Assembly: GCA_946529215.1 (NCBI GenBank)
Contig: CAMMZC010000003.1
Span: 3,976-67,975 of the forward strand
From: an uncultured Clostridia bacterium
Lineage (GTDB): Bacteria; Bacillota; Clostridia; TANB77; CAG-508
Direction: 5' to 3'
DNA length: 64,000 nt
Shown here: piece by piece, positions 10,023 through 19,332 of the stretch
How positions within the stretch are numbered: the stretch's first letter is position 1
Layout of the letters: the number at the start of each line of letters is the position of its first letter
Translations under genes and position numbers: made by a program
The notes under the pieces: model-generated
The model's input: the letters and a program-made list of their open reading frames with translations, nothing else
Databases searched by the model: none
What the model was told of the DNA's origin: nothing

Positions 10023-11426
10023 TTAATTCTTCGCAAGCTCATATATTGCTTCTGCATATATTTTACAAGCTAAAACTATTTTTTCTATATCTACAAATTC
10101 ATTTGCCTGATGACACATATCTTGGTCACCTGGAAAATTTGCGCCAAAAGATATACAATTTTCAAAAGCTCTTGCATAAGTACCTCCACCAATTGCAATA
10201 GGTTCAGCATTAGAATTTGTATTTTTGTTGTATATGCCACAAAGTAATTTTACAAGCTCATTATCTTTTGGAATATATAATGGCTCTTGGTTACCTGCAA
10301 CATATGTTTCTAAATCGAATTTTTCACATTTCTTTGCAATATTATCTGTAACCTCTAAAATTGGCGTATTTACAGGAATTCTTAAGTTTATTCCTATTTG
10401 CAAAAAATCTTCATAGAATTTAAAATGTCCAACATTTAAAGTAAGTACTCCTGATTCATCTTGTAATGCCAAATCTAAAAGCCTTCCGTTATATTCCATT
10501 CCAATATATTTTTCAAAAAAATCTAAAATATTAATGTTGTAATTAAAATGCTTATAAATTCTGTTTAATAAAATAATCATTTGAGAAACTGCATTTTTAC
10601 CAAGTTCAGGATGTGCTGCATGTGCTTGAACTCCTTTAGATGTAATATGAATGTCTGTATCATAAGTATCATAAGAAATATTGAAGTTTAGTTCTCTAAT
10701 AACATCACTTAAATAATTAAAACAATCTCCAACATCAATTTTATCTGGGTCAAGTTTTAAAACAACTTTGCAGTATTTTGGCACAACATTTATAGCATTA
10801 TTTTTGCAATCAATTTGTGCTATCTTTATTGGCAAATCTTCATATTTTGAATAATCTTCTTTTATATAAATTGTTGCAATTCCCTTTTCTGCATAAATAC
10901 ATGGAAAATTTGCATCAGGACTAAATCCAATGCTTGGAAGTTCTTCTTTTTCTTTGTAATGTTTAATACATTTCCAAGCTTTTTCTTCATTTACTCCTAA
11001 TATTAAACGTACCCTTGAATTCACTTTTAAATTATCTTTAACAGCTTTCATTGCGTATAGTGAACTTATTACAGGACCTTTATCATCAATTGTACCTCGT
11101 CCATAGATTTTTCCATCTCTTATATTTGCCTCAAATGGTGGTGTATCCCAACCATCTCCACTTGGAACAACATCTAAATGTCCAATTATTCCAACTAATT
11201 TTTCTCCTTCGCCAAATTCTATGTATCCACAATAATTATCTATATTTTTAGTTCTAAATCCTAATCTTTCCCCTAATTTTAAAGTATAGTCTAGAACATT
11301 TTTACATCCTTCTCCAAAAGGCATTTCAGGATCATCTGTCTCTTCAGAAACACTTGAAATATTTACTAAGTTGCATATCTCTTTAACTATTTCATTTTTT
11401 TGGCTTTCTATATATTCATCTAACAC
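10023..11426 (-). CDS. pepV: Dipeptidase PepV (M20 family)
   Basis: 467 aa. Motifs GHLDVVP, GRGTIDDKGP and a C-terminal GGGTYAR are typical of PepV / Xaa-His dipeptidases. Confidence 0.88.
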   Translation of the reverse strand: MLDEYIESQKNEIVKEICNLVNISSVSEETDDPEMPFGEGCKNVLDYTLKLGERLGFRTKNIDNYCGYIEFGEGEKLVGIIGHLDVVPSGDGWDTPPFEANIRDGKIYGRGTIDDKGPVISSLYAMKAVKDNLKVNSRVRLILGVNEEKAWKCIKHYKEKEELPSIGFSPDANFPCIYAEKGIATIYIKEDYSKYEDLPIKIAQIDCKNNAINVVPKYCKVVLKLDPDKIDVGDCFNYLSDVIRELNFNISYDTYDTDIHITSKGVQAHAAHPELGKNAVSQMIILLNRIYKHFNYNINILDFFEKYIGMEYNGRLLDLALQDESGVLTLNVGHFKFYEDFLQIGINLRIPVNTPILEVTDNIAKKCEKFDLETYVAGNQEPLYIPKDNELVKLLCGIYNKNTNSNAEPIAIGGGTYARAFENCISFGANFPGDQDMCHQANEFVDIEKIVLACKIYAEAIYELAKN

Positions 11427-11709
11427 TAAAAAACACCTCTTTACATTAATTATTCTATATTATAATTTATATGTTATTATATATAAAAATGACCTCGAAC
11501 TCATAGGTTATCCGAGGTACGATTAATATATAATATAGCAATCATTTTTAAACTTGTCAAGTATGATTTTGAAAATAACAATTGATACAATAATAAAATT
11601 ATATCATCATTAAATATTTATTTAATATTTTATTTTTTATCTCAAACCATAGCGTCCAATAAATCATATTATATAATATAATGTAAAATGAAAGGAGGAA
11701 ATGTAGAAT

Positions 11710-12288
11710 TTGGAAGTAAAAGGTAAAAAAATTGGATTTGTATTTACAGGTTCATTTTGTACATTTAAAAAAACAATACCACAAATGAAAAAATTAAAAG
11801 AATATGGGGCTGAAATTTTGCCAATAATGTCATTTAACAGTTATAATTTAGATACTAAATTTGGTAAAGCTAAAGATTTTGTAAAAGAAATTGAAGAAAT
11901 TTGCAAAAAAGAAATAATTCATACAATACAAGGCGCTGAACCAATTGGCCCCAGTCACTTAACTGATATTATGATTGTTGCACCAGCAAGTGGAAATACT
12001 ATGTCCAAACTTGCTAGTGATATTATAGATACACCTGCTACTATGGCAGTAAAATCACATCTAAGGAACAACTTACCTGTTGTTATTGCCCCTTCTACGA
12101 ATAATGGGCTTGGAGCAAATATGGCAAGTATTGCAGCTCTTATAAATAGAAAAAATTATTATTTTGTTCCATTTAGGCAAGACAACCCAATAACTAAACC
12201 TCGCTCCATTGTTTTTGACCCTGAATATATATTGAAGACAACGGAACTTGCATTAGATGGAGAACAAATTGAGCCAATACTTTTGTAA
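11710..12288 (+). CDS. spoVFB: Dipicolinate synthase subunit B-like flavoprotein (SpoVFB/CoaC fold)
   Basis: 192 aa with a TTG start 10 nt after GGAGG. KIGFVFTGSFCTF ... IVAPASGNTMSKLA ... FVPFRQDNP aligns along its whole length with my recollection of B. subtilis SpoVFB. No spoVFA-like gene is adjacent. Confidence 0.75.
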   Translation: MEVKGKKIGFVFTGSFCTFKKTIPQMKKLKEYGAEILPIMSFNSYNLDTKFGKAKDFVKEIEEICKKEIIHTIQGAEPIGPSHLTDIMIVAPASGNTMSKLASDIIDTPATMAVKSHLRNNLPVVIAPSTNNGLGANMASIAALINRKNYYFVPFRQDNPITKPRSIVFDPEYILKTTELALDGEQIEPILL

Positions 12289-12312
12289 AAAATAAAACTT
12301 TATTATTTTAAA

Positions 12313-12336
12313 AGAGGACTCTAAATGAAGTCCTCT
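12313..12336. terminator. Hairpin terminator between convergent genes
   Basis: AGAGGACT-ctaaatga-AGTCCTCT, an 8-bp GC-containing stem, between the spoVFB stop (12288) and the 12354 ORF stop. A T-rich tract follows on the minus strand. Confidence 0.55.
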
Positions 12337-12353
12337 ATCCTCATACTCAAAAT

Positions 12354-12998
12354 TTATCTTCCATCTGTTTGGATTTGATGTAAATCAAGTTCTTCAAAAA
12401 GTTTTATTAAATCTTGCTCAGGATTTTTTAATAATTCTTCTGCTATTTTATCTATATCTATTTGAGCCATATCTTTCCAAAATTCAAATAAAGAATCTCT
12501 TTCAAATACTTTTAATTCGCCCTCTATCCTTGTCATCACTTTTTTGATATTTTCTGGTAATTTATCAATATAATCTTGTATTTCGTATTTATCTTCAATT
12601 TCGCCTTCGAGAACACTAAAATCATTTCTTTGATTTTTTATCCATTTTTCTAAATTTTGTTTTGCTGATACATCATCAGTTTGATTTTTTATGTATTCTA
12701 ATTCAGGTGCACCAAGAATCTTATCAATATCTATTAATTTATGGTAAAATAAATAATCAGTTACTAAATGTAAAAAATATCCTCTTTTTTGACTATTTTC
12801 TATACTTCTTCCATTTTCCTGTAAATATTTTGCTGGGTTTGACCAAGCTGCATGTAATCCATAATGAGTACGTCCTTTTTCACTTGAAGGAACCAGATCT
12901 GGTTCAAGTGTACCAATAATAAATTTTTCTTCATCTTCTTCTTGATGATTTTTTAAATATAATTTAGCTATTGCTAAATGCATTGCAAAACTTGCCAT
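12354..12998 (-). CDS. Hypothetical metal-dependent hydrolase-like protein (zinc phospholipase C-like N-terminus?)
   Basis: 214-aa ORF. N-terminal MASFAMHLAIAKLY ... EPD ... THYG ... FLHLVTDYLFYH has His/Asp spacing reminiscent of Zn-dependent PLC/YdjM-like hydrolases. Family not certain. Confidence 0.5.
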   Translation of the reverse strand: MASFAMHLAIAKLYLKNHQEEDEEKFIIGTLEPDLVPSSEKGRTHYGLHAAWSNPAKYLQENGRSIENSQKRGYFLHLVTDYLFYHKLIDIDKILGAPELEYIKNQTDDVSAKQNLEKWIKNQRNDFSVLEGEIEDKYEIQDYIDKLPENIKKVMTRIEGELKVFERDSLFEFWKDMAQIDIDKIAEELLKNPEQDLIKLFEELDLHQIQTDGR

Positions 12999-13093
12999 AT
13001 TTATCTCCTGTCTTTCTTTAAAAATAATTACATTAAAACAATTTTGTGTTTTTTATTATGCAAACTTATTTACATAACATTATATCATAAATA

Positions 13094-13834
13094 TTACCAC
13101 ATTTCAACAATTGCATGCAATTTGTTTTCGTCTTGGCTTTTAATTGTTACTATATGTTTACCTTCTTCCATAGTATAATATATTTTCACAATTTCACCTA
13201 ATCTAATTTGATGTTTATATGTAATTCTTAAATTATCCTGTTCATCTGCAAAATACACCTCATCTGGTAAAATTTCATTTGCAAGTTTTAAATATACTAA
13301 ATTATTCATATGATTATTTACATCTATATTTGCTCTTCGAACTTCATATTCAATCATTTTTTCATAAGATATAGGCTCTTTTAATTTTGTAACTTTTTCT
13401 TCAGCCTCTTGCAAATTTCCTTCAGGATTAAAGAGTTCAAGTGTTTGTGTATCTAATTTTACAATCTTTCTTTGTTCAAAATTGTAAAATAACCATTTTG
13501 ATGTTGCAGTAGCAATTAACTCATCTTTCTCATCATAAATTTCAAAATTACGGTAACAATTAAAACTTGGCTTATCTGTAGGAAGCGCATAAGTTTTCAC
13601 TTTAATAGTATCATTAAAACAAAGTCTTTTTTTTACTTCCAAACTCCAATCTAAAATTAAAAATGCACCATTATTTTTTTCTATGTCATTTACTCCATAT
13701 CCTACCAAACCAGAATGATATGTTGCTATATCTTCTAAAAATGCCAAAATTCCATAATTTGTTAATTTATTTTTCATTCCAATTTCTCTTAATCCTAATT
13801 TATATGTTTGCTCTATTTTCATTTTTAAAATCAA
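13094..13834 (-). CDS. Acyl-ACP thioesterase
   Basis: 246 aa with double hot-dog layout. DVNNHMNNLVYL matches the acyl-ACP thioesterase catalytic motif. The start may be the ATG at 13822 rather than the TTG at 13834. Confidence 0.8.
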   Translation of the reverse strand: MILKMKIEQTYKLGLREIGMKNKLTNYGILAFLEDIATYHSGLVGYGVNDIEKNNGAFLILDWSLEVKKRLCFNDTIKVKTYALPTDKPSFNCYRNFEIYDEKDELIATATSKWLFYNFEQRKIVKLDTQTLELFNPEGNLQEAEEKVTKLKEPISYEKMIEYEVRRANIDVNNHMNNLVYLKLANEILPDEVYFADEQDNLRITYKHQIRLGEIVKIYYTMEEGKHIVTIKSQDENKLHAIVEMW

Positions 13835-13880
13835 TTCCTCTCTTTTAAGGTTGCTTTTTGTGACGGAGAAAAAAGTAACT

Positions 13881-15182
13881 TTAATACCCAGGTTTTTCTA
13901 GCAACCTAAACATATTCCTCTTATACTCTTCAACTCCAGGTTGATTAAATGGATTTACACCTAAAATATTTCCAGATATTGCACAAGAAAGTTCAAAGAA
14001 ATATATAAGTTCTCCAATATTTTCTTCATTTAGCTCATCAATTGTTACCATAATATTTGGAACTCCCCCTGAAACATGTGCTTCAATTGTACCTTCCATA
14101 GCTTTTTTATTTACATAGTCTAAATCTTTTCCTGCTAAATAATTTAATCCATCTAAATTATCATCATCTGCATTTAATCTAATATTCAAATTAGGATTTT
14201 TAACATTAACTACGGTTTCAAATAAATTACGTCTTCCATCTTGTACATATTGTCCCATAGAATGTAAATCTGTGGTATAATCAACTCCGGCAGGGAATAT
14301 TCCACTTCTTTCCTTTCCTTCACTTTCTCCATAAAGTTGTTTCCACCATTCTGTAAAGTAGTGTAATTTTGGTTCGTAATTAACCAAAATTTCAATATTT
14401 TTTTCACTTTTATATAAAATATTTCTTGCAATTGCATATCTGTAACATTCATTATATTTTAAGTCACTATCTGAATATTTCTCTTGAGCAACTCTTGCAC
14501 CATTCATTAGTCTGTCTATATCTATTCCTGCTGTAGCTATTGGAAGAAGGCCAACTGCTGACAAAACAGAATATCTACCACCAACATTGTCTGGCACAAC
14601 AAATCTCTCATAACCTTCCATTTCTGATAGAGTTTTTAGAGCTCCTCTTTCTTTATCTGTTGTAACGTAAATTCTACTTCTAGCCTCATCTATTCCATAT
14701 TTATTTTCTAAAATTTCTCTAAATATTCTAAAAGCAATTGCAGGCTCTGTCGTTGTTCCTGATTTTGAAATTACATTTACAGAAAAATCTTTATCTTCCA
14801 AAATTTCTATTAATTCATTAATATAATTTGGGCTTAAATTATTTCCTACATAAAAAATCATAGGATATTTTCTTTTTTCTTCTTTTTGAAGATTTACAAA
14901 AGAACTTGAAAGTGCATCTATAACAGCTCTTGAGCCTAAATATGATCCACCTATTCCAATTACTAATAAAACATCAGATTCTTTTCTAATTTTTTCTGCT
15001 GCTTTTTTTATTCTTTCAAATTCTTCTTTATCATAGTTTGTAGGAAGCTCTAACCATCCAACAAAATCTTCTTCATCTCCTGCTCTTCTGTGTAAATCTT
15101 TGTGAATATTTTCTACTTGAGATTTATATTGCATTATCTCTTTCTCATCAATTTTGGCATTTTCTAAATTTAATTTTAACAT
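13881..15182 (-). CDS. pgi: Glucose-6-phosphate isomerase
   Basis: GIGGSYLG and SKSGTTTEP sugar-isomerase motifs. The ORF is open to 15200, but the ATG at 15182 is the one preceded by AAGGA at good spacing. Confidence 0.92.
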   Translation of the reverse strand: MLKLNLENAKIDEKEIMQYKSQVENIHKDLHRRAGDEEDFVGWLELPTNYDKEEFERIKKAAEKIRKESDVLLVIGIGGSYLGSRAVIDALSSSFVNLQKEEKRKYPMIFYVGNNLSPNYINELIEILEDKDFSVNVISKSGTTTEPAIAFRIFREILENKYGIDEARSRIYVTTDKERGALKTLSEMEGYERFVVPDNVGGRYSVLSAVGLLPIATAGIDIDRLMNGARVAQEKYSDSDLKYNECYRYAIARNILYKSEKNIEILVNYEPKLHYFTEWWKQLYGESEGKERSGIFPAGVDYTTDLHSMGQYVQDGRRNLFETVVNVKNPNLNIRLNADDDNLDGLNYLAGKDLDYVNKKAMEGTIEAHVSGGVPNIMVTIDELNEENIGELIYFFELSCAISGNILGVNPFNQPGVEEYKRNMFRLLEKPGY

Positions 15183-15263
15183 TTCTATCATCCTTTCCAT
15201 TTGACATATTGTACATAGAATTTATATACAACTTTTTTTTTAATAATATGATTGTATCAAAAC

Positions 15264-15301
15264 ATAAAAAAAATAGCAAGTAATTTTTTATTTTCTTGCT
15301 A
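15264..15301 (-). terminator. Rho-independent terminator after rpmA
   Basis: Minus strand reads TAGCAAG-14 nt-CTTGCTA followed by a T8 run, 12 nt downstream of the rpmA stop. Confidence 0.65.
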
Positions 15302-15312
15302 CTTTTTTTATA

Positions 15313-15594
15313 TTATTGAGCATTAGCTACTTTCTTTTCTTCTACAGGATATACACTAACTTGTTTTTTATCTTTACCTTTTCTTTCAAATTTAACTGTA
15401 CCGTCAACTAATGCATAAAGTGTATCATCACTTCCAATATCTACATTAGTACCTGGATGTACCTTTGTTCCTCTTTGCCTTACTAAGATATTTCCTGCTA
15501 GAACAAATTGACCATCAGCTCTTTTTACACCAAGACGCTTAGATTCACTATCTCTACCGTTATGGCTGCTACCTTGACCTTTTTTATGAGCCAT
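15313..15594 (-). CDS. rpmA: 50S ribosomal protein L27
   Basis: [24 protein letters not shown]... is the canonical L27 sequence. It starts directly at the mature N-terminus with no cleavable extension. Confidence 0.97.
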   Translation of the reverse strand: MAHKKGQGSSHNGRDSESKRLGVKRADGQFVLAGNILVRQRGTKVHPGTNVDIGSDDTLYALVDGTVKFERKGKDKKQVSVYPVEEKKVANAQ

Positions 15595-15655
15595 GTTTTT
15601 TCACTCCTTCCAGTTTTCGAATTTATATACTTTTAATTTAAATTCTAATTTTTAA

Positions 15656-16075
15656 TTAAGCATTAGCAGTTGCTTTTACTTTAGCTTCTGATTTTTTTGT
15701 ACTAGTTGTTTTTGTTTCAGTTTTTTTTGCTTCAGTTGCTTTAGTTTCTGCTTTTTTTGCTGTTGCTAAATTGATTGATGTAATCTCAACCTTTGTGTAT
15801 GGTTGTCTGTGTCCTTGTTTCTTTCTTTCATTCTTTTTAGCTTTCATTTTGAAAACAATGATTTTTTTGTGTTTACCATGAGAAACAACTTTTCCTTCAA
15901 CCTTTACACCTTTAACATAAGGATTTCCAACTTGTACTTTTCCTTCATCTGAAACTAAAACTACATTGTCGAATGTAACTTTTTTTCCTTCTTCAGCTTC
16001 TAATTTTTCGAAAAATACTACATCTCCTTCTGCTACTTTGTATTGTCTTCCACAGCTTTCAATTATTGCGTACAT
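15656..16075 (-). CDS. rplU: 50S ribosomal protein L21 with Lys/Thr/Ala-rich C-terminal tail
   Basis: [14 protein letters not shown]... L21 core of ~103 aa, followed by a low-complexity tail [36 protein letters not shown]. Confidence 0.95.
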   Translation of the reverse strand: MYAIIESCGRQYKVAEGDVVFFEKLEAEEGKKVTFDNVVLVSDEGKVQVGNPYVKGVKVEGKVVSHGKHKKIIVFKMKAKKNERKKQGHRQPYTKVEITSINLATAKKAETKATEAKKTETKTTSTKKSEAKVKATANA

Positions 16076-16178
16076 TTAAAATGCACCTCCCTTTTTCGTA
16101 TACTCGCTAATCCTTAAAAAAGGTAGTTAAATGTTTCATAACTTTTGTGTACCTTGACTAAGCGGATTACAATTACTT
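16076..16178 (-). promoter_or_regulatory. rplU 5' leader, possible L21-leader-type autoregulatory structure
   Basis: ~100-nt UTR between the consensus promoter and the rplU ATG. By hand, UAAUCC/GGAUUA and AAGGUA/UACCUU segments can pair. Its position matches the L21 leader known in Bacillota. Not verified with a covariance model. Confidence 0.35.
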
Positions 16179-16207
16179 ATTATACAATAATTTTTACATC
16201 TTGTCAA
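16179..16207 (-). promoter_or_regulatory. Consensus sigma-A promoter of rplU-rpmA
   Basis: Minus strand reads TTGACA (16207-16202), a 17-nt spacer, then TATAAT (16184-16179). Confidence 0.7.
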
Positions 16208-16258
16208 TGAATTTTTGGTATATTTTTGAAAAAATTTCATAAAATATTAAAAAAGTAC

Positions 16259-16287
16259 TTGACAATTCATATTAAACATATTATAAT
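16259..16287 (+). promoter_or_regulatory. Consensus sigma-A promoter of the initiator tRNA
   Basis: TTGACA (16259-16264), a 17-nt spacer, then TATAAT (16282-16287), about 35 nt upstream of the tRNA. Confidence 0.7.
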
Positions 16288-16321
16288 TATATTTGTTTAG
16301 CACAAATATCATTTTAAACAT

Positions 16322-16397
<76 letters not shown>

Positions 16398-16403
16398 AAT
16401 AGA

Positions 16404-16436
16404 AACCTTGAAAACTTACGTTTTCAAGGTTTTTTA
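16404..16436 (+). terminator. Rho-independent terminator after tRNA-fMet
   Basis: AACCTTGAAAAC-ttac-GTTTTCAAGGTT, a perfect 12-bp stem, followed by a T5 run. Confidence 0.85.
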
Positions 16437-16499
16437 TTTAATAAAATTGTTAATACATTTGCAAATTTTAGTTAAGATATATATTTATTTTCTGATGCT

Positions 16500-18575
16500 T
16501 TATTGATTTTTTAATTTTAATATGTTGATTGTTTCCATAGTTTCTTTAGACTTCTCGTTATCTTTGCCATATACTTTGCATTGTAATTTGTATAATTTTT
16601 CGTATAACTCTAGCGAATTATTATATTTTTTCATTTTTTTATAAATACTAGCTAAATTATTTAAATTCCTTAATGTATTTGGATGAGTTTTCCCTAATGT
16701 TTCTTCACTCTTTTTATATGCTTCTTTTCCAAATTTTATAGCATTATCATAATTTTCTATATCACTATAATAAGTTGCAAGATTGTTTAACGATGTTAAT
16801 GTGTTAGGATGAGAGTCTCCCAATATTTCCTTTAATTTATTATAAACTATTTCACCTAATTTTACAGCTTTATTATAATTTCCCGTATGATTATAATAAT
16901 AAGAAAGATTATTTAAGCTTCTAAATGTATCTGGATGCTCATATCCTAATGTCTCTTTTCTATTTTTGTATACCTTTTCTCCTAACCTTATTGCTTCTTT
17001 ATAATCTTTTTTATAATTATAATAAATTGCAAGTCTGTTTAAACTTGTTAATGTATTTGGATGAGTTTTGCCTAATGTTTCTTTTCTTTTTTTATACACA
17101 TCTTTTCCGAGTTTTATTGCCATATCATAATTTCCTATATTACTGTAACTGACAGCTAGATTATTTAAACTAGTTAATGTATCAATATGAGTTTCTCCTA
17201 AACTTTCTTCTCTTTTTCTATATACTTCTTCTCCAAGTTTTATTGCTATATCATACTTTCCAATATCATCATAACCTCTCGCTATATTATTTAAACTATC
17301 TAATGTATATAAATTATTCTCTCCTAATACTTCTTTTTGGATTTTATAGCATTCATTGTTTACTTCCAATGCTTTGTTATAATCACCTGTATTTCTATAA
17401 GCAACAGCCAATTTAGTTAAACTTATCAATGTATTTAAATGTTTTTCTCCTAATTCTTTTTTATCTTTTTCATATACCTTTTTTTGCCACTCTAAAGCTT
17501 TTTTATAATCTAATTTTGTTCCTTTACCTTCTTCATATATATATACAAGCTCTTTCATTGCTTCTTTACATTCAAGATTTCCTGATTGTTCAAGCAGTTT
17601 TATTCCTTTTTCTTTATTTACTTCAACATCAATGCCATTTAAATATGCTAATCCTATAAAGTATAAGTGTTTTGGATCATCATTTTCCCTCCATGCTTCA
17701 TTTATTAAATACTTTTTTAAAGATTCACTTAAAAGCTCTGTATCATTTACTTTAATCGGAACAGGTATTTCTTTATATTTTTTTTGTAATTCTTCTTTAC
17801 TTGTATCTACCGCTTCAATTGGAACTATATTTTTACATTCTTTTTTAGCATTTGGATATTCTATTTTTTCCACATAGTTTTCTTCATTTACTAGATTTGG
17901 CGTTACAACCATTGCAAATAATTTACTTTTCTTCAAAGCTTCCTCTATTGACTCATTAAAATCTTGCCCTGGCTTTAAAAACTCATCATACCAAATTGCA
18001 ATATCTCTGCAAAATTCATTTTCATGAATTAAATGCATTATGTTTTCAGCATGTTTTTTGTCTTTTTTTCTATAACTTAAAAATATATATGCATCAAAAG
18101 CTTCTTGAACCTGTTTTCTCAATTCATCACTTACTAATACTGATTCTATATATTCTTTTAATTTACTTTTATATTTTTCTTCTCCAACAACTAACTTACT
18201 TAATGCTTGAAGGTTTCCACATTTTTCGTTAAAGTAGCTATCTATATTTGGCTCCATCATTATTGGCAAAATTGGAATATGATTATCCATTGCATATTGA
18301 AATTCTACTACTCTTGCATCACATTCTTCTGATATAAATTTCCATGTTACAGGTATCACAAATAAGTTTATTTGGCTCAAGTCATCTATAATTTCTCTTG
18401 AATTAATATTTTTATCAGCTTTATAATAAATTACACAATTTCTTATATCTAGAATTTCTTCAGTTATCTCTTCAAAATATTTATCAAAATCATTTTGATA
18501 GCAACAAAAATATACTCTTGATTTATCTTTTAGTTCTTTTCCTCTTGTTTTATATTTTAACTTTATTTCTTCCAT
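16500..18575 (-). CDS. Tandem TIR-like + TIR domain protein with C-terminal TPR array
   Basis: 691 aa. Residues ~18-110 form a TIR-like flavodoxin module (RVYFCCYQNDF...LFVIPVT...IPILPI). Residues ~160-260 form a canonical TIR (YIFLSYRKKDKKHA...IWYDEFLKPGQDF...KLFAMVVTPNL..NYVEKIEYP). Then come about 7 kinesin-light-chain-type 42-aa TPRs (LGxxHPNTLTSLNNLAxxYxxxGNYDxAIKLG). No P-loop. Confidence 0.8.
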   Translation of the reverse strand: MEEIKLKYKTRGKELKDKSRVYFCCYQNDFDKYFEEITEEILDIRNCVIYYKADKNINSREIIDDLSQINLFVIPVTWKFISEECDARVVEFQYAMDNHIPILPIMMEPNIDSYFNEKCGNLQALSKLVVGEEKYKSKLKEYIESVLVSDELRKQVQEAFDAYIFLSYRKKDKKHAENIMHLIHENEFCRDIAIWYDEFLKPGQDFNESIEEALKKSKLFAMVVTPNLVNEENYVEKIEYPNAKKECKNIVPIEAVDTSKEELQKKYKEIPVPIKVNDTELLSESLKKYLINEAWRENDDPKHLYFIGLAYLNGIDVEVNKEKGIKLLEQSGNLECKEAMKELVYIYEEGKGTKLDYKKALEWQKKVYEKDKKELGEKHLNTLISLTKLAVAYRNTGDYNKALEVNNECYKIQKEVLGENNLYTLDSLNNIARGYDDIGKYDIAIKLGEEVYRKREESLGETHIDTLTSLNNLAVSYSNIGNYDMAIKLGKDVYKKRKETLGKTHPNTLTSLNRLAIYYNYKKDYKEAIRLGEKVYKNRKETLGYEHPDTFRSLNNLSYYYNHTGNYNKAVKLGEIVYNKLKEILGDSHPNTLTSLNNLATYYSDIENYDNAIKFGKEAYKKSEETLGKTHPNTLRNLNNLASIYKKMKKYNNSLELYEKLYKLQCKVYGKDNEKSKETMETINILKLKNQ

Positions 18576-18647
18576 AACAATACTCCTATCATAAAAATTC
18601 TCTACTATTTTGTAAATGGTAAATTATTTAAAAAAATAACAATGTTA

Positions 18648-19232
18648 TTAATTAGTGATTGATTTACACATATAAATCCAAATATAGCTCCACAAATTCC
18701 ACCGAATTAAATGAGAATCATGTGCTATATTATCTTTCTTTCTTAGATCTTTTATTTCATCTATAATATAAAATATTATTATTAATACTAGAGTTATTGG
18801 TATTTTATTTTCTGTAATATTAACAAATGCACTTAAAACAGTTAGCATAAAAGATATACAGCTTGCACCTTTAAGCCATTCTTTTCCTTTAATAAAATTG
18901 AAAATTCCAACCACAAATGCAGTTATTAATATCATAATTAATAAATTAACAGAACCGTACTTTTCTTCTATAAGAGGTCCGAGTAATAAAATTTTTAGAT
19001 AATTATTTGAAAGATGACTCCAATCAGCATGTCCAAGTATATGTGTAAATAATCTTATATAAGTTAATGGGTTTAGTAAAGACGCTCTTTCTGTCGAAAA
19101 TACACGTCTTGTAGATTTTCCTTTTGTAATTTTGTCTAATAGAAGCACACCAAGAGATATAAAGAACATTGTAAGAGTTACAACAGCATTATATTGAAAA
19201 TAGTCCATTATATTAATTTCTTGTATATTCAA
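18648..19232 (-). CDS. Rhomboid-family intramembrane serine protease, apparently frameshifted in the last TM helix
   Basis: FTHILGHADWSHLSNN (H-x4-H-x3-N, the rhomboid TM2 histidine/asparagine signature), a GASC serine motif, and NIAHDSHL. After HL the annotated frame reads IRWNLWSYIW. The +1 frame reads FGGICGAIFGFICV, the canonical rhomboid TM6, and stops at 18605. TTG start. Confidence 0.7.
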   Translation of the reverse strand: MNIQEINIMDYFQYNAVVTLTMFFISLGVLLLDKITKGKSTRRVFSTERASLLNPLTYIRLFTHILGHADWSHLSNNYLKILLLGPLIEEKYGSVNLLIMILITAFVVGIFNFIKGKEWLKGASCISFMLTVLSAFVNITENKIPITLVLIIIFYIIDEIKDLRKKDNIAHDSHLIRWNLWSYIWIYMCKSITN

Positions 19233-19332
19233 TGTTATCTCTTCCCTTCTTTATTCACCTTTAATATATTTTTGTATATCTTTAACTGCTTTTTTATTTC
19301 TTCTTATTTCTCTTGCTCTATTGATATCTTCC

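Noticed and set aside
11485-11520. Hairpin ACCTCG-N15-CGAGGT upstream of pepV as an attenuator, T-box or riboswitch
   Set aside because: It is a single 6-bp stem with a large loop. No specifier or T-box sequence or recognisable riboswitch core is present, so support is insufficient.
14210-14452. 80-aa minus-strand ORF inside pgi in another frame
   Set aside because: It is nested in a gene with unambiguous homology motifs and has no independent support.
16550-17500. ~126-bp periodic DNA repeats
   Set aside because: They are explained by the 42-aa TPR units of the TIR-TPR protein. They are not an independent repeat element.
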